The notes below the pieces were generated by a model. The model did no database searches. It had not been told where the DNA came from and saw nothing but the letters and a program-made list of their open reading frames with translations. From Bacteroidales bacterium (GTDB taxonomy: Bacteria; Bacteroidota; Bacteroidia; Bacteroidales; UBA4417): DNA of 64,000 bases. Numbering within the stretch: the first letter of the stretch is position 1; every line of letters starts with the position of its first letter. The stretch covers positions 18,077 to 82,076 of the forward strand of contig JBBRCH010000008.1 in NCBI GenBank assembly GCA_038204995.1. The letters are read 5' to 3'. The translations under genes and the position numbers were made by a program. Below, piece after piece: positions 19,928 to 29,816 of this stretch.

Positions 19928-21529
19928 ATGCGACGACAAGTAGATTTCCTTGTTATAGGAACAGGCATTGCAGGACTAAGTTTTGCTTTAAAGGCCGCTA
20001 AGTTTGGCAAAGTTTGTATAGTTTCGAAGAGTAATGCGGAAGAGACTGCCACCAAATATGCCCAGGGAGGAATAGCAGCAGTGACTTACACCCCCGACAC
20101 GTACGAAAAACATATACAGGATACGCTGATTGCTGGCGATGATCTGAATGATGAAAAAGTAGTGAGGCTCACTATTACTGAAGCTCCAGAGCGGATAAAA
20201 GAACTGATTGCCCTGGGGGTTAGTTTTGATAAAAATGCATCGGGGCATTACGATCTGGCCAAAGAAGGTGGTCATTCAGAATTTCGTGTGCTGCATCACA
20301 AAGACCAGACCGGGCTCGAAATTGAAAAGACACTTATAGCCCGTGCCCGTGAAGATAAAAATATCGAAATCCTTGAAAATCATTTTACTGTTGAAATTAT
20401 TACGCAGCATCACCTGGGAATGTATGTGAACCGCCGCACCCCGGATATCACCTGTTATGGGGCTTATGTGCTGAATAAAACAAACAATAGTATAGATACC
20501 ATTCTTGCTAAAGTTACCCTGATGGCAACCGGCGGTGCCGGAAATGTATACGCCACAACTACCAATCCGCGTATCGCCACCGGCGATGGCATAGCCATGG
20601 TATACCGTGCAAAGGGAGATATCGAAAAGATGGAATTTATCCAGTTCCATCCAACTTCTCTGTATAATCCACTGGAGAAACCATCGTTTCTGATCACTGA
20701 AGCATTACGCGGATTTGGTGGGATTTTAAAAGACATAAAAGGTAATGAGTTCATGCAGAAATACGACAAACGCCTTTCGCTGGCGCCTCGTGATATCGTT
20801 GCACGCGCTATTGACAATGAACTGAAAATCAGCGGCGAAAGCCATCTATACCTCGATTGCCGCCATCTTGACCGAAACAGTCTTATTGATCATTTCCCGG
20901 GAGTATATGCGAAATGCCTCAGCATAGGTATCGACATGACCAAGGAGATGATACCCGTGGTACCGGCAGCTCATTATACCTGTGGAGGTATTAGAGTGGA
21001 CGAATGGGGACGCAGTTCTATTATTAACCTATATGCCTCCGGTGAATGTTCTTCTACAGGATTGCATGGTGCAAACCGGCTTGCAAGCAATTCACTGCTT
21101 GAATCACTCGTATATTCGCACCGTGCCTGTATTAATGCTGCTGAAAAGCTGAAGCATATTGAACTCTGCCATGAGATTCCGGATTGGAATGCCGAAGGTA
21201 CTGTAATGAATGAAGAAATGATACTTATTACACAGAGCATGAGAGAGTTGCAGGGAATAATGACCAATTATGTTGGCATAGTACGTTCGAATCTGCGACT
21301 AAAAAGAGCTGCTGACAGGCTGAGCCAGCTTGAACGCGAAACTGAAGACCTTTACAAACAATCGGTTCTGATTGATAAAATCTGTGAAGTACGTAACCTC
21401 ATAAAAGTGGCCACGCTTATAGTTAAAATGGCTATAGAACGCAAAGAAAGCAGGGGACTCCATTTTTCAATTGATTATCCGAAGGTAGTAAACGATAATG
21501 AAGTAAGTTCCTTCAGCCCGGTTGATTAG
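19928..21529 (+). CDS. nadB: L-aspartate oxidase
   Basis: GTGIAG FAD motif, AQGGIA, EGGHS, QFHPT, LAPRDIVAR and HGANRLASNSLLE motifs. Confidence 0.96.
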   Translation: MRRQVDFLVIGTGIAGLSFALKAAKFGKVCIVSKSNAEETATKYAQGGIAAVTYTPDTYEKHIQDTLIAGDDLNDEKVVRLTITEAPERIKELIALGVSFDKNASGHYDLAKEGGHSEFRVLHHKDQTGLEIEKTLIARAREDKNIEILENHFTVEIITQHHLGMYVNRRTPDITCYGAYVLNKTNNSIDTILAKVTLMATGGAGNVYATTTNPRIATGDGIAMVYRAKGDIEKMEFIQFHPTSLYNPLEKPSFLITEALRGFGGILKDIKGNEFMQKYDKRLSLAPRDIVARAIDNELKISGESHLYLDCRHLDRNSLIDHFPGVYAKCLSIGIDMTKEMIPVVPAAHYTCGGIRVDEWGRSSIINLYASGECSSTGLHGANRLASNSLLESLVYSHRACINAAEKLKHIELCHEIPDWNAEGTVMNEEMILITQSMRELQGIMTNYVGIVRSNLRLKRAADRLSQLERETEDLYKQSVLIDKICEVRNLIKVATLIVKMAIERKESRGLHFSIDYPKVVNDNEVSSFSPVD

Positions 21530-21585
21530 AAAGGATTTGGGATCAGTGGACTGTCATTCGAAAAAAAGTACGGTTTACAAGGATC

Positions 21586-21682
21586 GATTTACGATTGGGT
21601 TAATACTAGTTTCCAATAAAAAGTAACCGTCATTCGTAAATTATCATTGTCATTCATAGATCGTAAATCAAAAATCGTAAAT
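21586..21682. repeat. 10-bp inverted repeat with degenerate heptamer (CGTAAAT) arm
   Basis: GATTTACGAT (21586-21595) and ATCGTAAATC (21660-21669); CGTAAAT occurs three times in 21635-21682. Confidence 0.65.
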
Positions 21683-21693
21683 TAAGAAAAAAC

Positions 21694-22257
21694 ATGCCTC
21701 TTATCTATCCCATCAAAGGAATCAGCCCGACCATCGGTAAGAATACTTTTATTGCCGAAAATGCCACCATTGTGGGAGATGTGGTCATGGGCGACAATTG
21801 CAGCGTCTGGTTCAATACGGTAATTCGTGGTGATGTTCACTCCATCCGCATTGGTAACAATGTAAATATTCAGGATGGCGCCATTATCCATTGTACTTAC
21901 CAGAAAGCACCTGTAAGCATTGGAAACAATGTATCCATAGCACATGCCGCTATTATTCATGGCTGTACCATTCACGACAATGTATTGATAGGTATGGGCG
22001 CCGTTGTGATGGACGGTGTTGTGGTTGAAAGCAACTCGATAATTGCTGCCGGTGCCGTGGTTTCGCAAAATACACTGGTTGAATCCGGCAGCGTGTATGC
22101 CGGAGTTCCTGCCAAAAAAATCAAATCCATCGATAAGTCACTTCTCGAAGGACAGGTTAACCGCATTTCGAAAAGCTACACCATGTATGCCAGTTGGCAC
22201 GACGAAAATATTGAACCCCTGAACGAAAATGATGACCTGAAGCTTTCGGGAGCATAA
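21694..22257 (+). CDS. Gamma carbonic anhydrase family (hexapeptide repeat) protein
   Basis: IRGD, NIQDG..IH and AHAAIIHGC motifs; left-handed beta-helix repeats. Confidence 0.92.
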   Translation: MPLIYPIKGISPTIGKNTFIAENATIVGDVVMGDNCSVWFNTVIRGDVHSIRIGNNVNIQDGAIIHCTYQKAPVSIGNNVSIAHAAIIHGCTIHDNVLIGMGAVVMDGVVVESNSIIAAGAVVSQNTLVESGSVYAGVPAKKIKSIDKSLLEGQVNRISKSYTMYASWHDENIEPLNENDDLKLSGA

Positions 22258-22289
22258 TGATAATGTAGGTATCGTGACATTCTGATTGT

Positions 22290-22406
22290 AAATTCCCAGC
22301 CCCAAGTTACAAATCCCAAATTCCAGGGATGATGTCTTGTCAAAGAGTCGAAATGAATGATTTTCCCCTTTTCCCTTTGATACCTGGAATTTGCATCTCG
22401 GAATTT
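22290..22406. repeat. 10-bp inverted repeat with degenerate AAATTCC/GGAATTT heptamer arms
   Basis: AAATTCCAGG (22318-22327) and CCTGGAATTT (22383-22392), with further AAAT(T/C)CC and GGAATTT units alongside. Confidence 0.65.
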
Positions 22407-22519
22407 TTATTGAGTGCAGGTTTTTCCTTTAATGAATACGCTGAACTTCTGCCACAATGTCGCAGACATGCAATTGGCAGGAAATTTGTTTACGGCTTAA
22501 GAAATAAAAAAGTTAAACC

Positions 22520-23194
22520 ATGTACATAGCAATTTTTATTGGCTTTATGATCCTTAGCTTGATTGTGAGCCAGGTATTAAAATCAAAATTCAGGAAATAC
22601 TCAGCCGTTCCGATTGGCAGAGGCTATACAGGAAAAGATATTGCCGAAAAAATGCTTTGCGATAACGGAATTACGGACGTGCAGGTAATTTCGGTGCAAG
22701 GGCAACTTACTGACCATTATAACCCTGAAACCAAAACTGTAAACCTCAGCCAGGATGTATATTATAAATCGAGTATTTCGGCGGCTGCTGTTGCAGCCCA
22801 CGAATGCGGACATGCAGTACAACATGCCGAAGCTTATGCTTTCCTGAAAATGCGCAGTGCAATGGTTCCTGCAGTAAGCTTTGCATCCAACTGGGTACAA
22901 TGGGTTCTGCTGGCAGGAATTCTGATGGTAAACCGCTTTCCGCAACTCTTACTGGCCGGAATAATTTTGTTTGCCGCTACCACGCTGTTCAGTTTTGTAA
23001 CCTTGCCGGTTGAGATTGATGCCAGCCGCCGGGCTTTGCTGTGGCTGAATAACAGCGGAATTACTACCCGGGAAACACATCCTAAAGCGCAGGACGCACT
23101 TAAATGGGCTGCATATACCTATGTTGTTGCAGCTCTGGCTTCCCTGGCTACCCTGCTTTATTACCTTATGATTTTCAATGGCCGCAGAAATTAA
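22520..23194 (+). CDS. Membrane zinc metallopeptidase (YugP-like)
   Basis: GQLTDHYNP, AAHECGHAVQH (HExxH), TLPVEIDASRRA and AAYTYV motifs. Confidence 0.93.
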   Translation: MYIAIFIGFMILSLIVSQVLKSKFRKYSAVPIGRGYTGKDIAEKMLCDNGITDVQVISVQGQLTDHYNPETKTVNLSQDVYYKSSISAAAVAAHECGHAVQHAEAYAFLKMRSAMVPAVSFASNWVQWVLLAGILMVNRFPQLLLAGIILFAATTLFSFVTLPVEIDASRRALLWLNNSGITTRETHPKAQDALKWAAYTYVVAALASLATLLYYLMIFNGRRN

Positions 23195-23214
23195 ACCTAA
23201 ATTTATTTATACGC

Positions 23215-23251
23215 AAAAAGCCGGGTTCCGAAATGAGAACCTGGCTTTTTT
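23215..23251 (+). terminator. Rho-independent terminator
   Basis: AAAAAGCCGGGTTC...GAACCTGGCTTTTTT. Confidence 0.85.
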
Positions 23252-23278
23252 ATTATTGAAATTTTACTTTCAAGGATT

Positions 23279-23600
23279 CTATTTACCGATTTTCATACCT
23301 ATACCAGGTTTCAAGTCTATTGTTTAAAATACGTAGTTCGCATCCTTATATGAATTCAGCAAATTATAGCTGGCGTTCAGGTCGAATAAAAACTTTGTCA
23401 TTTAGCCAGTATGAGGCTCCTGCTTCAGGATTCAGGATTCAGGAAAACTGCAACATGAGTTGATTTATCTGTATTACTATGATTATCACCATTATAAATA
23501 TATTTAGTAGAATAGATTCCTATCCCTGTGTTAATTCCAATATATGGTCTGAACTTGACTGCACTAAAGTGTTTAAGGATAGTAGGTGCAAACATCATGA
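23279..23600 (-). pseudogene. Remnant of an outer-membrane beta-barrel gene
   Basis: Hand translation: KFRPYIGINTGIGIYSTK...VAVF/PEAGASYWLNDKV/FDLNASYNLL...VF*TIDLKPGIGMKIGK*, with frameshifts (one at a TCCTGAA x3 repeat) and an internal TAA. Confidence 0.6.
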
Positions 23601-23765
23601 CGTATGTTGATTGTCACAATATTAAGTATATCTATTTCAATAATTATTACAGAAGTGTTAATTAAACAAAACGAATGTTAAAAAGCAATACATTATATTC
23701 AAATAAATTTGTTGAAAACAAACACTGTTAGTAATTTCTAAACACTTTAAGCATTTAACCTAAAC

Positions 23766-23792
23766 AAAAAAACTCCGGACAAAGCCGGAGTT
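23766..23792 (-). terminator. Rho-independent terminator after the skp genes
   Basis: Minus strand AACTCCGG-ctttgt-CCGGAGTTTTTT. Confidence 0.85.
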
Positions 23793-23817
23793 CAGGAGGT
23801 TGAGATCTGTTGTTGTA

Positions 23818-24339
23818 TTATTTGATAATTCCAAGTTTCTTTTTCACCAATGGCATTACATCTTCGCCTCCATCAGAGTAAAGAACAAGGTCTTCAACCG
23901 CATTCAGTATGTATGAGAAACCACCTTCTTTAGCCACATCTTTAATGGCATTTTTTGCTTTATCAACAAATGGAGTGATCAATTCTGTTTGCTTGGCTGT
24001 AAGCTCCTGCTGAGCCGACTGCTGAAAAGCCTCAATACGACCCTGTAAGTCGGTAATTTCTTTTTCCTTGGTGGCTTTGATGATGTTCGACATGGTAGTC
24101 GCATTTTTTTGGTAGTCACCGGCTTTCAATTCCAATTCTGATTGCATGGTTTGTAATTCGCCTTGAAGTGACTGAACATATTTTTCCATAACAACTTTAA
24201 CAGTATCCTGCCCTGGCATCTGTTCCAGTAATTTTCCAAAGTCAATATGTCCGATTTTTGTGGCTTTTTGCGCATTAACGGTTGATGCAACAGCAATCAG
24301 TACTATAACTGCTAAAATTTTTGAGAGATTCTTCATCAT
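23818..24339 (-). CDS. skp: OmpH/Skp periplasmic chaperone
   Basis: Signal peptide, KIGHID..LL..MP, coiled coil, AIKDVAKEGGFSYIL. Confidence 0.92.
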   Translation of the reverse strand: MMKNLSKILAVIVLIAVASTVNAQKATKIGHIDFGKLLEQMPGQDTVKVVMEKYVQSLQGELQTMQSELELKAGDYQKNATTMSNIIKATKEKEITDLQGRIEAFQQSAQQELTAKQTELITPFVDKAKNAIKDVAKEGGFSYILNAVEDLVLYSDGGEDVMPLVKKKLGIIK

Positions 24340-24419
24340 TTTTAATATAAGGGTTTATGTGTTTTCAATTTAATGAGGCGCAAAGGTAAAAAAAAGACAG
24401 TACCTAATACGCAGGTAAG

Positions 24420-24965
24420 CTATTTTTTGCCTTTTGGAGTTTGCTGTGGCTTATACGTATATCCAAGTTTATCAAGCACTTGTTCACTAATATCGAACTT
24501 AGGGTTGGTATAAATCAGCGTGGCACTGTTTGCTTTGTCGAATACAACCGCATAGTTTTCAGCCGATGAAATGTCTTCGATAGCATTATAAACCTTTTCC
24601 TGTATGGGTTTAATAAGCTCCTGGCGCTTCTTAAATAGGTCACCGTCTTTGCCAAAACGCTTTTTCTGTAAATCCTTCCCCTCCTTTTCTTTATTAATAA
24701 TATCTTCTTCACGTTTCTTTTTCATATCCTCGGGAAGCAGCACTGCTTCGTTCTGAAAATCCTTATACATTTTATCAATCTCGGTAAATTTGGCTTCTAT
24801 CTCTTTCTGCCATAGGATTGAAAGCTCGTCAAGCTGTGTTTGTGCATCAGCATAATCCGGAATATTATCGAGTATATAATCCGTATTAACATAAGCGAAC
24901 TTCTGGGCATTAGCGCCAAAACCCAATGCGCAAAAAATTGCTGCAAGTAAGATGAACTTTTTCAT
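24420..24965 (-). CDS. skp: OmpH/Skp periplasmic chaperone
   Basis: QKFAYVNTDYIL, FGKDGDLFKKRQELIKPIQ and DISEQVLDKLG motifs. Confidence 0.93.
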   Translation of the reverse strand: MKKFILLAAIFCALGFGANAQKFAYVNTDYILDNIPDYADAQTQLDELSILWQKEIEAKFTEIDKMYKDFQNEAVLLPEDMKKKREEDIINKEKEGKDLQKKRFGKDGDLFKKRQELIKPIQEKVYNAIEDISSAENYAVVFDKANSATLIYTNPKFDISEQVLDKLGYTYKPQQTPKGKK

Positions 24966-25046
24966 TATATGACCTCCTGAAGTTTAATAGGATGAAAAAT
25001 ACAGTTATTTATTAGTAAGGCAATTGCAAATAGCCTGCCAAAGCGA

Positions 25047-27677
25047 TTAATCGATGGATGAATTAATTGAAAAGTGGAACTGCCCCTTGTTAGCATTAGG
25101 CGCTCCGGGTATGGCATCAAATCCGTATCCCCAATCGAGTCCCAGTAATCCGAACATAGGAAGGAATACCCTTACGCCTACTCCGGCCGATCTGCGTACA
25201 TCAAAGGGATTAAAGTCGCTGAATTTTGACCAGTCATTTCCGGCTTCAACAAAAATAAGTCCGAAGATTGTTGAATTGGGATTGAGGGATAAGGGATAAC
25301 GTAATTCAAGCGTGCTTTTATTAAAGATAACGCCACCTACAGGTGTAGTAGAATTGGCGGATGGCGGAGTGAGACTCTCGTTGGTGTAGCCCCTGAAACC
25401 TATAAGCTGACGTCCGTCGATAGCAGAATAACCAGACATACCGTCACCACCCATAAAATAGCGGTTAAAAGGTGTTACCTGAATCTGATTATTATACTTT
25501 CCAAGGAATCCCACTTTTGTACGAGCCATAAGCACCAGGTCTCCTACTATCTGTTGATAGAAAGCACCACTCATTTTCCATTGGTTAAACTCAATCATCC
25601 GGTATTTGTCGTCTGCTGATTTGGCTGCAAACCAGTCGGGAGCTAATAAGGAATATGGGGGTGTCATTTCGAGCGATAAATTCAATTCCGATCCGGCACG
25701 TGGATATATGGGTCCATCCGTTGAGTATCTTCCCAGAGCAATAGAGTAAGAGTAACTCTGGTACAATCCGTCCTGCTGCTTTCCAAATAAAACATAGTTA
25801 TCCAACTGGTAATGCTGCAGATTAATACTCTGTGAGAGATTAAAATAGTTATCGGGCCATTTTAGGCGGCGACTGAATACAAATGACAGGCCTGTAATAT
25901 TATACGCGTAGTATGAAGCAGAAGTTTTGGCGTAACCGTTATTAAAAGCTGAAATATATGTTGAAACGCTTAATTGATTAGGTTTCTTACCTCCAAGCCA
26001 GGGTTCGGTAAAAGAGGCGCTGGCGCTTAAATACCCTTTCCCATAGGATTGCAGACGCAATGATAGTTTTTGTCCGTCACCCGATGGAATGGGTTTCCAG
26101 GCTCCTTTCTGAAAGAAGTTACGTGCCGAAAAATTATTGAATGACACACCCAATGTTCCTATCAGCCTGCCATAACCCCATCCTCCTGAAAGTTCGAGCT
26201 GATCGGATGAAGTTTCTTCAATTTTATAGGCAATATCAACGGTTCCGTTGGCAGGATCAATATTTGGTGTCTGAATATCAATTTTCTCCTGGTCGAAATA
26301 TTTAAGCTGTGCCAGGGAAGTCCGGCTGCGTAAAATATCAGAACGGCTGAAAAGCTGTCCGGGTCTTGAATACAATTCCCGTATGATTACATTATCGTTA
26401 GTTCGGGTATTTCCGGAAACCTTTACCCTGTTCACATTCATCTGCCTTCCTTCCCGTATGCGAATCTGCAGGTCAATGGAATCGTTTTCGGCACTTATTT
26501 CAATAGGTTCGATGGTACATGTCAGGTATCCGTCATCAACGAATAAACTCATCAGGTCGATACCGTTGGGGTTAAAATTGAGTGCGGCATCCAGCTGATC
26601 CTGGTTGTAAACATCCCCTTTGCGTATACCAAGCAGCAAACCAAGTTCGGCAGAAGTAAATTTAGTATTTCCAACAAATGAAATATTCCGGTAATAGTAT
26701 TTATTGCCTTCGAATACCGTAAGATCAATTGTTATGCTGTTGCGCCCTGATTTATATACAGAGTCCTTTAGGAGCGTGGCGTCCCTGTAACCATTTTCAT
26801 AGAATTTTTTCACCAGGGCGACTTTATCTTCTTCATAATCGTTTTCGATAAATTTAGACGATTTGAACACCCTGAATTTCAGGTTTTTACTTACGATATC
26901 CTGTACGTAGGAAGTATAATTCTTCATATCATTTTTGAACAGATGTCCGAAAAATCCGATAAATGACTCCTGCAAAGTATATAATGGTTTGTATGAACCT
27001 TTTTCTTTGGTTTTTTTCAATGCCGATTTCAGAGTGAGTTCACTGACGTTTTTATTCCCGATAATGTTAATCTTTGCGATCTTGACCCTTCCGCCCTTAT
27101 CCACATCAATAATTAATGCAACATTATTGAGTGCTGCAGTATCTTTTACCTGTGTGATCTTTACACTGGCATCAAAATATCCTTTGCCCACATAATGTTT
27201 CATGATGGTATTACGCACCCGCATCATCAGGTTATCGGTAACCACATCTCCCCTTGAAATTTTAATTTTATCCCGCAGATCATCCGATTCTCCTTTTCGT
27301 ATTCCGCTAAAGCTGAATTTTGACAATCGCGGACGTTCAGTCAGACGTATATCTAAAAAAATCTGCTCATCCTGAACACGGGTTGCAACAATTTTAACAT
27401 CTTCAAAAAGCCCTTGCTGCCAGAGTTTATCCATTGCTGAACGGATTCTTTCGCCTGGAATGTCGATTTTTGATCCCACCTGTAATCCGGATAAGGATAT
27501 CAATACAGAGCTGTTCAGGTACTGAACGCCGGTTACCGTGATTCCACCGATGGTATATTTGTGCGGAAAACTATAATTGATATCAGGAACTTCGTCACCT
27601 ATCGAAATCTGAGCCATTAAAGGCATTGAGAGGATTGAAATTAGAATAGTTAGTAATGTAAAGCGCCTCAGTGTCAT
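25047..27677 (-). CDS. bamA: Outer membrane protein assembly factor BamA
   Basis: POTRA repeats, GNTRTNDNVIIREL, SFTEPWLGG, FRGY, C-terminal GLDWGYGFD...FHFSI; ATG 27677 overlaps the uppS stop (ATGA). Confidence 0.96.
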   Translation of the reverse strand: MTLRRFTLLTILISILSMPLMAQISIGDEVPDINYSFPHKYTIGGITVTGVQYLNSSVLISLSGLQVGSKIDIPGERIRSAMDKLWQQGLFEDVKIVATRVQDEQIFLDIRLTERPRLSKFSFSGIRKGESDDLRDKIKISRGDVVTDNLMMRVRNTIMKHYVGKGYFDASVKITQVKDTAALNNVALIIDVDKGGRVKIAKINIIGNKNVSELTLKSALKKTKEKGSYKPLYTLQESFIGFFGHLFKNDMKNYTSYVQDIVSKNLKFRVFKSSKFIENDYEEDKVALVKKFYENGYRDATLLKDSVYKSGRNSITIDLTVFEGNKYYYRNISFVGNTKFTSAELGLLLGIRKGDVYNQDQLDAALNFNPNGIDLMSLFVDDGYLTCTIEPIEISAENDSIDLQIRIREGRQMNVNRVKVSGNTRTNDNVIIRELYSRPGQLFSRSDILRSRTSLAQLKYFDQEKIDIQTPNIDPANGTVDIAYKIEETSSDQLELSGGWGYGRLIGTLGVSFNNFSARNFFQKGAWKPIPSGDGQKLSLRLQSYGKGYLSASASFTEPWLGGKKPNQLSVSTYISAFNNGYAKTSASYYAYNITGLSFVFSRRLKWPDNYFNLSQSINLQHYQLDNYVLFGKQQDGLYQSYSYSIALGRYSTDGPIYPRAGSELNLSLEMTPPYSLLAPDWFAAKSADDKYRMIEFNQWKMSGAFYQQIVGDLVLMARTKVGFLGKYNNQIQVTPFNRYFMGGDGMSGYSAIDGRQLIGFRGYTNESLTPPSANSTTPVGGVIFNKSTLELRYPLSLNPNSTIFGLIFVEAGNDWSKFSDFNPFDVRRSAGVGVRVFLPMFGLLGLDWGYGFDAIPGAPNANKGQFHFSINSSID

Positions 27678-28438
27678 CCTTTGCAATTTATAATTTGTTC
27701 ACTTGTTTTGCCAAAACGCCTCTCGCGGTGCTGGAAATCAATAATAGCTTCGTAAAGGTCCTCTTTATGGAAATCAGGCCAAAGTTTAGATGAAAAAAAC
27801 AATTCGGTATAAGCAGTTTGCCACATTAGAAAATTACTGGTACGAAATTCGCCGCTTGTTCGTATTAAAAGTTCCGGATCGGGCAGATCAGGAGCATTCA
27901 TACAGTCTGAAACCATCTTTTCATTTATCTGATCAGGATTCATTTTTCCTTCTTTAACCTGTAATGCGATCTTTTTTATAGCATCCACAATCTCCCACCT
28001 TCCGCTATAACTCAACGCCAGAAATAAATCCATGCGCGTATTACCAGCTGTCTTTTCCATAGCCTCTTCAAGTTCTTTTTTAACCTGGGGGTCGAGGCAA
28101 CCGACATTCCCTATTACTCTGAGTCTGATATTGTTATCGTTTAGTGTTTTGATTTCATTATTGATAGTAACAACCAAAAGATGCATGAGAGCATCAATTT
28201 CGTCTTTCGGGCGATTCCAGTTCTCAGTCGAGAAGGCATACAAAGTAATGTATTTGACACCCAGTTCCGCAGCTGCTTCTGCAGTTTCGCGCACAGATTG
28301 AACCCCGTTGTTGTGACCAAAAACACGTTCCTCGCCACGTTGCTGTGCCCATCTGCCATTGCCGTCCATTATAATGGCTATATGTCTTGGCAGCCTGGTT
28401 TTATCAATAGTGTCGATCAGATTTTGGTTCTCCTTCAT
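27674..28438 (-). CDS. uppS: Undecaprenyl diphosphate synthase
   Basis: HIAIIMDGNGRWA, YAFSTENWNRP, IRTSGE.R.SNF and RERRFG motifs; ATG 28438 lies just downstream of TAAATTTG (28445-28452). Confidence 0.96.
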   Translation of the reverse strand: MKENQNLIDTIDKTRLPRHIAIIMDGNGRWAQQRGEERVFGHNNGVQSVRETAEAAAELGVKYITLYAFSTENWNRPKDEIDALMHLLVVTINNEIKTLNDNNIRLRVIGNVGCLDPQVKKELEEAMEKTAGNTRMDLFLALSYSGRWEIVDAIKKIALQVKEGKMNPDQINEKMVSDCMNAPDLPDPELLIRTSGEFRTSNFLMWQTAYTELFFSSKLWPDFHKEDLYEAIIDFQHRERRFGKTSEQIINCKG

Positions 28439-28533
28439 TTCCGACAAATTTAGGCTTTTGTGCTTTACAGCAAGAGCCGCTTTTGTTAATTATTCTTAAT
28501 GTACCTGATGCAGGTAAAATTATACGTAAATTA

Positions 28534-29340
28534 CTAGTAGCCTTCACGTTGGTGATCGAGACAACGCTCCTTACCCAACATCCTTATTTTAATTGTAACC
28601 GAAACGCCTGCAAACGAATACCAATCGGTATCACGCGAATTCCCCCTTTGCATACCTGCATTATGAGTGAGCAACGGGTCCGAAGCGAGTTCTTTTATCG
28701 GGACAGTTGCCGGATCGGCACCTGCAAGATCAAGATAATAGGTTTGACTTACATCATCCAGGTAATCAGTAGTAGTCTTACGCATTCCCCATTCAGCCCC
28801 CACACCGATAAGCTTGTTTACACTGTATTTAACCCCAAGCCCGAATGGGGCACTGAAAGCATACAGATTATATGGTTTACCTTGTCCTTCGGTAGTCAAT
28901 GGCTGCAATTCAACGCTTGTTCCCAGAACATTTCCATAGGGTCGGAAAAAAAATACCGAAACACCTCCAAAAAGGTAAGGAGTAATGGAATGCAGCCTGC
29001 TGCCAATGAAATATTCAAAGAAATTTATTTCGAGTTGTAAACCCGCTTCTGTTATAACAGACTCAAAATTAAGATTGCGTTCCGGATTTGCTTTACTAAT
29101 GGCATCATTACCTGCAACCGTACCGCGTATTCCGTGTGCTCTGAGTGATATGCGGGAATTAAAATTCTGCCTGTACATAACGCCAAAAGCTGGTTTTGAC
29201 ATCCTGAACGGAAGTGATGGATTCAGATCACCGATATAATAGGTCACACCACCCAATAAACCCAGATCACCCGATTTCTGTGCCCGGCTTAAAGGTGCAA
29301 AAAGCACCAGAAACATAAAGAAAATACAAACTTTTCGCAT
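28534..29340 (-). CDS. DUF6089 (PorG-like) outer-membrane beta-barrel protein
   Basis: Signal peptide, YYIGDLNP, RNLNF, LQPLTTEGQ, TTTDYLDDVS and QRGNS..DWY motifs; usual position upstream of uppS. Confidence 0.85.
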   Translation of the reverse strand: MRKVCIFFMFLVLFAPLSRAQKSGDLGLLGGVTYYIGDLNPSLPFRMSKPAFGVMYRQNFNSRISLRAHGIRGTVAGNDAISKANPERNLNFESVITEAGLQLEINFFEYFIGSRLHSITPYLFGGVSVFFFRPYGNVLGTSVELQPLTTEGQGKPYNLYAFSAPFGLGVKYSVNKLIGVGAEWGMRKTTTDYLDDVSQTYYLDLAGADPATVPIKELASDPLLTHNAGMQRGNSRDTDWYSFAGVSVTIKIRMLGKERCLDHQREGY

Positions 29341-29529
29341 AATTTTTGAAGCGTGCAAAGGTACTATTAATATTGATACAGGGCACATAGTTATAAAGCA
29401 GCCCTTTATTTATTGGTTTTTTCACAGTGTAAAAGTAAATTGCTGATCAGATTCATTTACTGTGCTATTATACCGATATGAAATTCATAATAGTCCGATA
29501 TTGAACTAAACGAATTTCTGCTCGGTATT

Positions 29530-29587
29530 TACCACTGTAGAATTTTAAAACAGCTTGTGGCCTATTATAATATTCACATTGGTATTA
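29530..29587. repeat. Dispersed ~57-bp imperfect palindrome, copy 1
   Basis: TACCACTGTAGAATTTTAAAACAGCTTGTGGCCTATTATAATATTCACATTGGTATTA; near-identical copy at 54002-54058. Confidence 0.85.
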
Positions 29588-29816
29588 AACATGCACTTCA
29601 AATTTCAGCTTTCCGTTTTAATGAAAAGATACAAACAAAATGAACTGATACCGCCAGGTTATTTTCACCTCATCCGGTAAAGTTTAATTGCAAAGTTTTT
29701 GATGCTCCCGATGGAGATAATAATGATTCAGGCCCCAGTGAGTGAAGCGTTTAAAGCTTACCAAAAAAGTTGTGGTAAAGAGTATGATGTTAAAATAATT
29801 TCGCCAAAAGCCGGTA

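Noticed and set aside
29530..29587. Integron attC site
   Set aside because: Lacks RYYYAAC/GTTRRRY ends, no integrase and no cassette array; kept only as an unexplained hairpin repeat
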